DNA of 15,435 bases, taken from Candidatus Krumholzibacteriales bacterium. Lineage in GTDB: Bacteria; Krumholzibacteriota; Krumholzibacteriia; Krumholzibacteriales; WJIX01. The position numbers and the translations under genes were made by a program. The stretch lies in assembly GCA_046483305.1 (NCBI GenBank), contig JAWODM010000055.1:1-15435 (forward strand). The letters run 5' to 3'. Position 1 is the stretch's first letter, and every line of letters starts with the position of its first letter. The notes under the pieces were generated by a model. The model saw nothing but the letters and a program-made list of their open reading frames with translations. It searched no databases and was not told where the DNA came from. This document shows, piece after piece, positions 1 to 7,812 of the stretch.

Positions 1-342
1 GTGGACAAGGAAAGTCTTCTCAGGGGGATGGTAGTGGCGAAGCCGGGATCGGTGACACCTCACCGCAAGTTCAAGGGCAAGGTATACGTACTGAAGAAGG
101 AAGAGGGCGGAAGGCACACTCCGTTTTTTGATGGTTACAGGCCGCAGTTCTATTTCAGGACCACGGATGTGACCGGAGTGGCTACGCTGCCGGAAGGAAC
201 AGAGATGGTAATGCCGGGCGATGACGTGGAGCTGGAAATAGAGCTGATCACCCCGATAGCGATGGAGCATGAGCTCAGGTTCGCGATCCGGGAGGGCGGA
301 AGAACTGTCGGAGCCGGCGTTGTAACTGAAATTATAGAGTAA
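1..342 (+). CDS. tuf: Elongation factor Tu, 3' part (5'-truncated at window edge)
   Basis: EF-Tu domain 3 motifs [33 protein letters not shown] and [19 protein letters not shown] at 340-342. The GTG at position 1 is an internal Val, not a start. Confidence 0.99.
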   Translation: MDKESLLRGMVVAKPGSVTPHRKFKGKVYVLKKEEGGRHTPFFDGYRPQFYFRTTDVTGVATLPEGTEMVMPGDDVELEIELITPIAMEHELRFAIREGGRTVGAGVVTEIIE

Positions 343-364
343 CCAGCAAGGAAATATTGCGATT

Positions 365-514
365 ATGAGAGATAAAGTGACCCTGGCATGCACTGAATGC
401 AAGAACAGGAATTATTACACGACCAAGAACAAGAGAACCAACCAGGACAGGCTGGAATTCAGGAAGTTCTGCAGGAACTGCAGGAAGCATACCCTGCATA
501 AGGAGAGCAGGTAA
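365..514 (+). CDS. rpmG: 50S ribosomal protein L33, zinc-binding (C+) type, 49 aa; absent from the supplied ORF track
   Basis: Hand translation: [49 protein letters not shown]. Two CxxC pairs, NYxTxKN motif, usual position between tuf and secE. Confidence 0.98.
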   Translation: MRDKVTLACTECKNRNYYTTKNKRTNQDRLEFRKFCRNCRKHTLHKESR

Positions 515-526
515 TAGGATAGTTAT

Positions 527-548
527 TTCCGGAAAAGCTTTTCCGGAA
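527..548. repeat. Perfect 22-bp palindrome TTCCGGAA-AAGCTT-TTCCGGAA
   Basis: Reads identically on both strands, and each 8-bp arm is itself palindromic. Lies in the 73-bp rpmG-secE spacer. Function unknown. Confidence 0.9.
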
Positions 549-587
549 CTGCTGTTTAAGTTTCCTGTCTGAACCGGGAGGAAGTAT

Positions 588-776
588 ATGTTTAAAAAGG
601 TCACAGACTTCTTTGCCGAGGTCAAGGTGGAGATGAAGAAAGTCACCTGGCCTACCAGGGAAGAGCTGGTGGAATCGACCAAACTGGTAATTGTCGCATC
701 CATAGTGGTCACTGTGTTCATAGGAGTAGTTGATAATATTCTCTCTGCCATAATCAGGCTGTTGCTTGGTTGGTAG
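588..776 (+). CDS. secE: Preprotein translocase subunit SecE (short, single-TM form, 62 aa)
   Basis: EMKKVTWPTREE motif followed by one hydrophobic helix; GGAGG at 577-581; directly upstream of nusG. Confidence 0.97.
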   Translation: MFKKVTDFFAEVKVEMKKVTWPTREELVESTKLVIVASIVVTVFIGVVDNILSAIIRLLLGW

Positions 777-797
777 GATAAAAGGGTTAAGATTGAT

Positions 798-1490
798 ATG
801 AATAAGGAAAAAAAGAAGGAAAAGGAAATAATAGAAGAGAACGTCGACGACGTTCAGGAAGATGCCGAAACTGAATCGGCCGGGGATACCGGCAAGAGCG
901 CCGGATCGGCGGATACCGGAGACGGCGAAGAAACAGGCGCCGGAGAAGATGCCGGCAAAAACGAGAATATGAAGTGGTATGTGATTCATACCTATTCCGG
1001 CAGGGAAAAGAAGGTTCGGGACGCCATCATCAGGATGGCAAAGGCCTCCGGTCTGGATAGCAGCCTGGGGAAGGTAGTAGTTCCCACCGAGGAAGTCGCC
1101 GAGATGAAGAAGGGCCAGAAGAGGGTCAGAAAGCGCAAGCTTTTCCCCAGCTATATTATTATCCAGATGGAGATGAATAATGAAATTTGGGACCTGGTCC
1201 AGAATGTGCCGGGGGTCACTCACTTTGTGGGAGGAGGAGAAAAGCCTGTCCCCATTCCCAGGAAGGACGTGGACCGGATAATGGGGAGGATGGAGAAGAG
1301 AGAGGGAGTTATTCCCGAGGTCCCCTTTACTATCGGAGAACATGTAAATGTGGTTGACGGGCCGTTCTCCGAATTTACCGGGGTGGTAGATGAGATTAGC
1401 CCGGAGAGAGGCAAGCTCAAGGTTCTGGTAAGTATATTCGGCAGGGAGACGCCGGTTGAGCTCGATTTTCTTCAGGTCAAACCGCTCTGA
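798..1490 (+). CDS. nusG: Transcription termination/antitermination factor NusG with a ~57-aa N-terminal extension
   Basis: KWYVIHTYSGREKKV N-terminal domain, PGVTHFVG, KOW motif VVDGPFSEFTGVV, C-terminal SIFGRETPVEL. Start uncertain: ATG 798 or ATG 969. Confidence 0.97.
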   Translation: MNKEKKKEKEIIEENVDDVQEDAETESAGDTGKSAGSADTGDGEETGAGEDAGKNENMKWYVIHTYSGREKKVRDAIIRMAKASGLDSSLGKVVVPTEEVAEMKKGQKRVRKRKLFPSYIIIQMEMNNEIWDLVQNVPGVTHFVGGGEKPVPIPRKDVDRIMGRMEKREGVIPEVPFTIGEHVNVVDGPFSEFTGVVDEISPERGKLKVLVSIFGRETPVELDFLQVKPL

Positions 1491-1541
1491 TCACCTGGGA
1501 TTTCTGACAAATTGCACACAGATTGAGGAGTGTAGGAATCG

Positions 1542-1979
1542 ATGGCAAAAAAATCTAAGAAGAAGGTAATGAAGGTAATCAAGCTGCAGATCCCGGGAGG
1601 GCAGGCAACCCCGGCGCCCCCGGTGGGACCGGCCCTGGGCCAGCTGCAGGTCAGTTCGATGGATTTCTGCAAGCAGTTCAACGCGGAGACCCAGAATATG
1701 GCGGGCAGCACCATACCTGTGGAGATAACAGTTTACAAGGACCGGAGCTTCTCTTTCGAGACCAAGACCCCTCCGGCATCGGAGTATCTGAGGAAGGCGG
1801 CCAGGATTGCCAAAGGTTCGGGCGAGCCGAACAAGGAAAAGGTGGCCAAGATCAGCAGGGATCAGGTAGTGGAAATAGCGAAGGAGAAGATGAAGGATCT
1901 CAACGCCTACAATCTCGATGCCGCCGTAGAGATCATCAAGGGAAGCGCCCGGAGCATGGGAATAATTGTAGAGGATTAG
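1542..1979 (+). CDS. rplK: 50S ribosomal protein L11
   Basis: [34 protein letters not shown] and GSARSMGI motifs. Confidence 0.99.
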   Translation: MAKKSKKKVMKVIKLQIPGGQATPAPPVGPALGQLQVSSMDFCKQFNAETQNMAGSTIPVEITVYKDRSFSFETKTPPASEYLRKAARIAKGSGEPNKEKVAKISRDQVVEIAKEKMKDLNAYNLDAAVEIIKGSARSMGIIVED

Positions 1980-2008
1980 GTTCTGTAACAGAGAGAGTGA
2001 ATGAGATA

Positions 2009-2710
2009 ATGAAACATGGCAAAAAATATGTGGATAACCGCAAACAGGTAGATGCAGAAAAGGAATACCCGCTGACGGAAGCTATTGAAATTCTTAAGAA
2101 TATGGAGGGGATGAAGTTTGACGCCACCGTCGAATTCGCGACCAGGCTCGGAATCAACCCCACCAAGGCCGATCAGCAGGTCAGGGGAACGGTAATGCTG
2201 CCTCATGGCATAGGCAAGGAAGTTTCCGTTATGGTTTTTACCGGAGCCGACAGGGTGCAGGAAGCGCTGGACGCGGGCGCCGATTACGCCGGTTCGGAAG
2301 AGTATTTCCAGAAGATCCAGGACGGCTGGTTCGACTTCGACGTTGCCATAGCGACCCCGGACATGATGAGCGAGGTTGGAAAGCTGGGGCGCTTTCTCGG
2401 CCCCAGGGGGCTTATGCCTAATCCCAAGGCTGGGACCGTAACCAATGATATCGGAAAAACGGTACAGGAGACAAAGACCGGAAAGCTGGAATACCGGGCG
2501 GACAAATACGGCAACATTCACATGCCGATCGGGAGAATGTCCTTCGATTCCGAAAAACTGGCCGATAACGCCAGGGCGCTCACCAGGGAACTGCTTCGCG
2601 CAAGGCCCGCTTCGGCCAAGGGAAGGTATTTCATCAGTATCCATCTTTCATCGACAATGAGTCCCTCCATTAAAGTGGACAGGACGTCTATTATAGATAT
2701 TATCAGATAA
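2009..2710 (+). CDS. rplA: 50S ribosomal protein L1
   Basis: KFDATVE, DQQVRGTVMLPHGIGK, LGPRGLMPNPKAGTVT, SSTMSP. ATG 2009 (MKHGKKY) preferred by homology; GTG 1997 is an in-frame alternative. Confidence 0.98.
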   Translation: MKHGKKYVDNRKQVDAEKEYPLTEAIEILKNMEGMKFDATVEFATRLGINPTKADQQVRGTVMLPHGIGKEVSVMVFTGADRVQEALDAGADYAGSEEYFQKIQDGWFDFDVAIATPDMMSEVGKLGRFLGPRGLMPNPKAGTVTNDIGKTVQETKTGKLEYRADKYGNIHMPIGRMSFDSEKLADNARALTRELLRARPASAKGRYFISIHLSSTMSPSIKVDRTSIIDIIR

Positions 2711-2735
2711 GGTAACCCTGAAAGGAGAACGGCTG

Positions 2736-3257
2736 ATGGCAAATCAGGCTAAAATAGATGCGGTAGATGAACTGGCTGAACTGTTCAAGGATGCCAAGAG
2801 CATAGTCCTGAACGACTACAAGGGATTGGATGTGGAGTCGATCTCGGAATTGAGGGGGACCTGCCGCGAAAAGAATGTAATTTTCAGAGTAATCAAGAAC
2901 ACCCTGGCAAAAAGAGCTTTCGAAAAATCAGGTCTGGCAGAAGTAGAAAGCTTTCTGGAAGGTCCCACAGCGGTCGCCATAAGCTACGAAGATGAAGTGG
3001 TGTCGGCGCAGGTGCTGAATGAGTTTGCCAGGGAATATGAACTGCCTGTTTTCAAGGGATCTGTTATAAACGGCCGGGTGCTGAATCGCGAAAAAACGGT
3101 TCACCTGGCTTCGCTCCCCGGAAAAGATGAGCTGCGAGCGCAGGTCGTCGGGGCGTTCATCGCGCCGGTGCGAGGGCTTATTATTTGCCTCGATGCTTCC
3201 CGCCGGAATCTCGTGTATGTATTGAACGCCATTGCCGAGAAAAAGGGAGCGGCTTAA
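2736..3257 (+). CDS. rplJ: 50S ribosomal protein L10
   Basis: DYKGLDV, VIKNTLAKRA, LEGPTAVA and LASLPGKDEL motifs; AAGGAG SD at 2722-2727. Confidence 0.98.
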   Translation: MANQAKIDAVDELAELFKDAKSIVLNDYKGLDVESISELRGTCREKNVIFRVIKNTLAKRAFEKSGLAEVESFLEGPTAVAISYEDEVVSAQVLNEFAREYELPVFKGSVINGRVLNREKTVHLASLPGKDELRAQVVGAFIAPVRGLIICLDASRRNLVYVLNAIAEKKGAA

Positions 3258-3299
3258 ATCTGAAATTTTATAATCAGAGGTAAGGAAAGAGAGGACAGA

Positions 3300-3953
3300 A
3301 TGTCAGCAGAGAAGAAGGAAGAGAAGAAGAAAAAAGAAGAAAAGGCAGAAGAAAAGACCAAAAAGAAGGCTGCCGATAATAAGAAAGACGAGAAAAAGAA
3401 AGAGGAGAAGAAGAAAGAAGCCAGGAAGGAAGAAAAGAAAGAGGAAAAGAAGGTAGAGAAGAAGGCTGAAGAGAAGAAGGCTGAGAAGGCTGAGAAGAAG
3501 AAGGAAGAGAAGAAAGAGGAGAAGAAGGAAGAGGCGAAAGAGGAAGAAAAGGAAGAGAAAGCCGTCGAAGCCGAGTCAGAGAACGTGAAAAAGATAGTAG
3601 ATATGGTTAAGGAACTTTCAGTTATGGAACTTTCCGAACTGGTGGGTGTTCTGGAAGACCTGTTCGGCGTAAGCGCGTCTGCCCCCATGGCTATGGCTCC
3701 TGGAGCGATGCCCGCAGCGGCTGCTGAAGAGGAAGAGGAACAGACTGAGTTTGACGTGGTCCTCAAGGAGATAGGCAGCCAGAAGATTCAGGTAATCAAG
3801 GTTGTAAGATCAGTTACCGATCTCGGCCTTATAGATGCCAAGAAGCTGGTTGAGGGCGCTCCCGAGACAGTCAAGGAAGGTCTCAGCAAGGAAGAGGCGG
3901 AAGAGGTCAAGGGCAAGCTCGAAGAGGTCGGAGCGACCATCGAACTTAAGTAA
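3300..3953 (+). CDS. rplL: 50S ribosomal protein L7/L12 with a ~90-aa Lys/Glu-rich N-terminal extension (217 aa)
   Basis: Last ~125 aa are a normal L12 ([19 protein letters not shown], Ala/Glu hinge, [25 protein letters not shown]). ATG 3300 has GAGG at 3291-3294 and follows a 42-bp spacer after rplJ. Confidence 0.97.
   Translation: MSAEKKEEKKKKEEKAEEKTKKKAADNKKDEKKKEEKKKEARKEEKKEEKKVEKKAEEKKAEKAEKKKEEKKEEKKEEAKEEEKEEKAVEAESENVKKIVDMVKELSVMELSELVGVLEDLFGVSASAPMAMAPGAMPAAAAEEEEEQTEFDVVLKEIGSQKIQVIKVVRSVTDLGLIDAKKLVEGAPETVKEGLSKEEAEEVKGKLEEVGATIELK
3307..3560 (+). repeat. Purine-rich low-complexity tract encoding KKEE/KAEE-type repeats
   Basis: Mostly AAG/AAA/GAA/GAG codons. Contains an exact 15-nt tandem AGAGAAGAAGGCTGA (3455-3469, 3470-3484) followed by a partial copy GAAGGCTGA (3485-3493). 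Confidence 0.9.
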
Positions 3954-4006
3954 TATATCTTATGTGACCGGTATTGAAAGCCGGAGAAAGAGAAGGGCCG
4001 TTTCGC

Positions 4007-7000
4007 ATGATTAAGAAGCCTGAGAGAGTTGATTTCAGTAAGATTCCGCAGGTGATGGATCTGCCCCATCTTCTGGATATCCAGTTGAAATCTTATGAGG
4101 ATTTTCTGCAGCCTTCTACTGCAAAGGATAAGCGGAAGAATATAGGGCTCGAATCGGTATTCCGGTCGATATTCCCGGTGGAATCTACCAAGGGTAATTT
4201 CACACTGGAATATAACGGGTATACGGTCGGTGAACCGAAATATTCGATCGAGGAATGTAAGGACCGGGATCTTACTTACTCAGTTCCCCTTAAGACCTCT
4301 CTTCGACTGATAATAAGAGAGAAGGGGAAGGACGATGAAGAGAGCTCGATTAAGGATATCATTCAGAGCGACGTATACCTGGGTGAAATCCCGATGATTA
4401 CAGATAAGGCGACCTTTATTATCAACGGCGCGGAGAGAATCATTGTCAGCCAGCTTCACAGATCGCCGGGGGCTGTCTTCAGTGATAAGATCCATGCCAA
4501 CGGAAAGAGGCTTTTTAACGCGAAGATTATACCCTACCGGGGATCCTGGGTTCAGTTCGAGATTAATATAAAGGACCTGATGTTCGTTTATATTAACAGG
4601 CGCAGGAAGATTCTGGTCACCGTGCTGCTGAAGGCCATGGGTTTCGAGCCGGACAGCGCGATCATAAAACTGTTTCACAAGACCAGGCTTCATAAGCTCA
4701 CTCCCAGAATGAGCAAGAAAGACAACAAGCTGGTGGGAGAGGCGATAGCCGAAGACGTGATTGACCCCGAGACCGGCGAGGTTATCGCCGAACCTGGTGA
4801 TATCCTCACTCAGAAGCTTCTGAAGAAGTTCAAGAGAAAAGAGATCCTGAAAGTGGTCCTGGTGGAAAAGGAGGGGAGGATCGACAACGATGTCATACTG
4901 AAGACACTGAAAAAGGATCCGACCTCGAATTCAGAGGAGGCGCTGAAGAAGATCTACAACGTTCTGCGCCCCGGCGACCCTCCCAACATAGAGACCGCCA
5001 GAAATCTCTTCAACAGGATGTTCTTCAACCCTAAGAGGTACAACCTGGCAAGGGTCGGCAGATACAAGCTGAACAGGCGGCTGGGTATCGACGTACCCCT
5101 GGATACCACCACCCTGACTCCGAAGGATTTCGTGGCTCTGATCGCCAACCTGATTAATCTCAAGGAGACCGACGGGATAGTGGATGATATCGATCACCTG
5201 GGTAACCGGCGGGTGCGATCGGTGGGCGAGCTGCTGGCCAATCAGTTCTCCATCGGCCTTTCCCGGATGGCCAGGATCATCAGGGAACGGATGACTATTC
5301 AGGAGTCGGAGAACCCCACACCGTACGACCTGGTTAACGCCAGGACCATCAGTTCGGTGATACAGTCGTTCTTCGGCAGCAGCCAGCTTTCACAGTTCAT
5401 GGATCAGACCAACCCGCTTTCGGAATTGACCCACAAGCGGAGGCTCAGTGCGCTGGGCCCGGGAGGGCTGACCAGGGAGAGAGCAGGTTTCGAGGTCAGG
5501 GACGTTCACTTCAGCCATTACGGAAGGGTCTGCCCCATCGAGACACCCGAAGGGCCCAATATCGGATTGATTGTATCTCTGGCAACCTACGGAAAGCTCA
5601 ACGAATTCGGGTTCCTGGAAACACCCTACAAGAAGGTGGTAGATGGCAGGGTGACCGGAGAGATCGAGATGCTTTCAGCCGACATGGAGGATACCGCGAT
5701 TATTGCGCAGGCTAACTCCCCCGTGGATAAGAACGGGAAGTTCATTTCATCAAGGGTGCTTTCCAGAAGCAGGGGGGAATTCATCCTGGTTGAGCCCGGG
5801 GAGATCGATTATATCGACATCTCCACCAATCAGCTGGTAAGTATTTCAGCATCCCTGATCCCCTTCCTCGAACATGATGACGCCAACAGGGCTCTGATGG
5901 GTTGTAATATGCAGCGTCAGGCAGTGCCCCTGCTGATCCCGGAAGCTCCTATTGTGGGAACCGGCCTGGAGACCAAAACCGCCTACGACAGCGGCGTTCT
6001 CCAGATAGCCAGAAGAGGCGGAGTTGTGAGAGAGGTCTCCGCGGACAGAATTCTCATAGAATATTCCACCGATGAGGAGGATGAACTCGACGATTTCTCG
6101 GGGTTCGGAGGGATGGACGAATACCGCCTGGTTAAGTACCAGAGGTCCAATCAGGATACCTGCATCAACCAGAAACCGATAGTAAGCCTGGGCCAGAAGG
6201 TGAAGAAGGGCGACGTGATAGCGGACTCTTCCGCTTCCAGGGAAGGCGAGCTGGCCATAGGAAAGAATGTACTGGTCGCTTTCATGTCCTGGAGAGGTTA
6301 CAACTTCGAGGATGCTATCATTATAAGCGAGCGGCTGGTCAAGGACGATGTATTCACTTCCATTCACGTGGAGGAATACGAACTTGAGGTAAGAGATACC
6401 AAGGCCGGAAAAGAGGAGATTACCAGGGAGCTTCCCAATGTGGGCGAAGACATGCTCACCGATCTTGACGAAGACGGTATTATCAGAGTGGGTGCCCATG
6501 TGGAGGCCGGCGATATCCTGGTAGGAAAGATTACCCCCAAGGGCGAGACGGAACTTACTCCCGAGGAAAGGCTTCTCAAGGCCATATTCGGCGAAAAGGC
6601 CAGGGATGTCCGTAACGCTTCCCTCAAAGCGGGAACCGGTATGGACGGAACGGTAATAGATGTAAAGATATTCTCACGCAAGGAGATGGACAAGAGGGCC
6701 AAGACACAGGAAAAGAAGACTATTGAGGAACTCAAGAAGAACTGCGAGGAAGAGAAGGAGCATATCAGGGAAAAGAGAAGGGAAAGGCTCAGGAAGCTGA
6801 TGATAGGCCAGAAGACCGAGAAGCTGGTCCACTCCGAAACCGGAGAGATTCAGGCAAACGCGGGAAGAAAGATTACCGATAAATTCCTCGAATCTATCGA
6901 TCTGGACAGTCTCCACTGGGGCCTTCCCATTGTAAAAGACAACAAAGTAGACGAGAAAATCCAGTCCCTGATGGAATCCGCCGCCAGAGCCATGGACGGC

Positions 7001-7795
7001 GTAGACGCAAAATACGAAAAGGAAATAGAGAGGGTAAAGCGGGGAGACGAACTCCGCCCCGGAGTGAACAAGCTGGTCAAGGTTTACATAGCCCGTAAGA
7101 GAAAGATCGCGGTCGGCGACAAAATGGCCGGGCGCCACGGTAATAAGGGAGTAATCTCAAAGATAGTACCTGAGGAGGATATGCCGTTCACCGATGACGG
7201 AACCCCGGTTGATATCATACTGAACCCACTGGGGGTACCCAGCAGAATGAATGTCGGCCAGATTCTGGAGACTCATCTCGGCTGGGCCCTTCACAAGCAG
7301 GGCAAGCGGGGCTCCACCCCGGTATTCAACGGGGCTACGGTGACCGAGATAAAGAAGGAATTAAAGAAGGCGGGGCTGCCCGAGGACGGCAAGACCGTTC
7401 TCTATGACGGAAGAAGCGGAAGGCCTTTCGACAATCCCATAACAGTAGGGCTGATTTATATGATGAAGCTCTCGCACCTTGTCGACGACAAGATTCACGC
7501 CAGGTCGATCGGTCCGTATTCGCTGGTTTCGCAGCAACCCCTTGGCGGCAAGGCCCAGTTCGGAGGGCAGAGATTCGGGGAGATGGAGGTATGGGCTCTG
7601 GAGGCATACGGGGCCGCCTACTGCCTTCAGGAAATGCTTACGGTTAAATCAGACGATGTTCCCGGCAGGAGCAAGGTATATGAATCCATTGTAAAGGGTG
7701 GAGTAGCCCCCGAACCGGGATTACCCGAATCTTTCAATGTTCTTTTGAAGGAACTCAAGAGTTTATGTCTTAATGTAGAACTTGAAACAGATTAA
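4007..7795 (+). CDS. rpoB: DNA-directed RNA polymerase beta subunit
   Basis: [71 protein letters not shown] 4007 preferred (AGAAGGG at 3991-3997); TTG 3974 is an in-frame alternative without an SD. Confidence 0.99.
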   Translation: MIKKPERVDFSKIPQVMDLPHLLDIQLKSYEDFLQPSTAKDKRKNIGLESVFRSIFPVESTKGNFTLEYNGYTVGEPKYSIEECKDRDLTYSVPLKTSLRLIIREKGKDDEESSIKDIIQSDVYLGEIPMITDKATFIINGAERIIVSQLHRSPGAVFSDKIHANGKRLFNAKIIPYRGSWVQFEINIKDLMFVYINRRRKILVTVLLKAMGFEPDSAIIKLFHKTRLHKLTPRMSKKDNKLVGEAIAEDVIDPETGEVIAEPGDILTQKLLKKFKRKEILKVVLVEKEGRIDNDVILKTLKKDPTSNSEEALKKIYNVLRPGDPPNIETARNLFNRMFFNPKRYNLARVGRYKLNRRLGIDVPLDTTTLTPKDFVALIANLINLKETDGIVDDIDHLGNRRVRSVGELLANQFSIGLSRMARIIRERMTIQESENPTPYDLVNARTISSVIQSFFGSSQLSQFMDQTNPLSELTHKRRLSALGPGGLTRERAGFEVRDVHFSHYGRVCPIETPEGPNIGLIVSLATYGKLNEFGFLETPYKKVVDGRVTGEIEMLSADMEDTAIIAQANSPVDKNGKFISSRVLSRSRGEFILVEPGEIDYIDISTNQLVSISASLIPFLEHDDANRALMGCNMQRQAVPLLIPEAPIVGTGLETKTAYDSGVLQIARRGGVVREVSADRILIEYSTDEEDELDDFSGFGGMDEYRLVKYQRSNQDTCINQKPIVSLGQKVKKGDVIADSSASREGELAIGKNVLVAFMSWRGYNFEDAIIISERLVKDDVFTSIHVEEYELEVRDTKAGKEEITRELPNVGEDMLTDLDEDGIIRVGAHVEAGDILVGKITPKGETELTPEERLLKAIFGEKARDVRNASLKAGTGMDGTVIDVKIFSRKEMDKRAKTQEKKTIEELKKNCEEEKEHIREKRRERLRKLMIGQKTEKLVHSETGEIQANAGRKITDKFLESIDLDSLHWGLPIVKDNKVDEKIQSLMESAARAMDGVDAKYEKEIERVKRGDELRPGVNKLVKVYIARKRKIAVGDKMAGRHGNKGVISKIVPEEDMPFTDDGTPVDIILNPLGVPSRMNVGQILETHLGWALHKQGKRGSTPVFNGATVTEIKKELKKAGLPEDGKTVLYDGRSGRPFDNPITVGLIYMMKLSHLVDDKIHARSIGPYSLVSQQPLGGKAQFGGQRFGEMEVWALEAYGAAYCLQEMLTVKSDDVPGRSKVYESIVKGGVAPEPGLPESFNVLLKELKSLCLNVELETD

Positions 7796-7812
7796 AGCGC
7801 TGGAGGTTATCT

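Noticed and set aside
839..855. Small inverted repeat GAACGTC-GAC-GACGTTC in the nusG extension, and a similar one in rpmG (466-480)
   Set aside because: Short stems within coding sequence with no U-tract; expected by chance.
3307..3560. CRISPR array or mobile element as the source of the repeats
   Set aside because: No constant repeat with unique spacers, no terminal inverted repeats or target duplication; it is in-frame low-complexity coding sequence.
3254..3766. Phe/Ser-rich 170-aa minus-strand ORF resembling a membrane protein
   Set aside because: It is the reverse complement of the AAG/GAA tract of rplL.
3954..4006. rplL-rpoB attenuator as in E. coli
   Set aside because: The spacer is only 53 bp with a weak 5-bp stem (3968-3984) and no following U-run.
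5375..5452. Rifampicin-resistance region of rpoB
   Set aside because: Q, D, H and S at the key positions (SQFMDQ..THKRRLS) are the usual sensitive-type residues.
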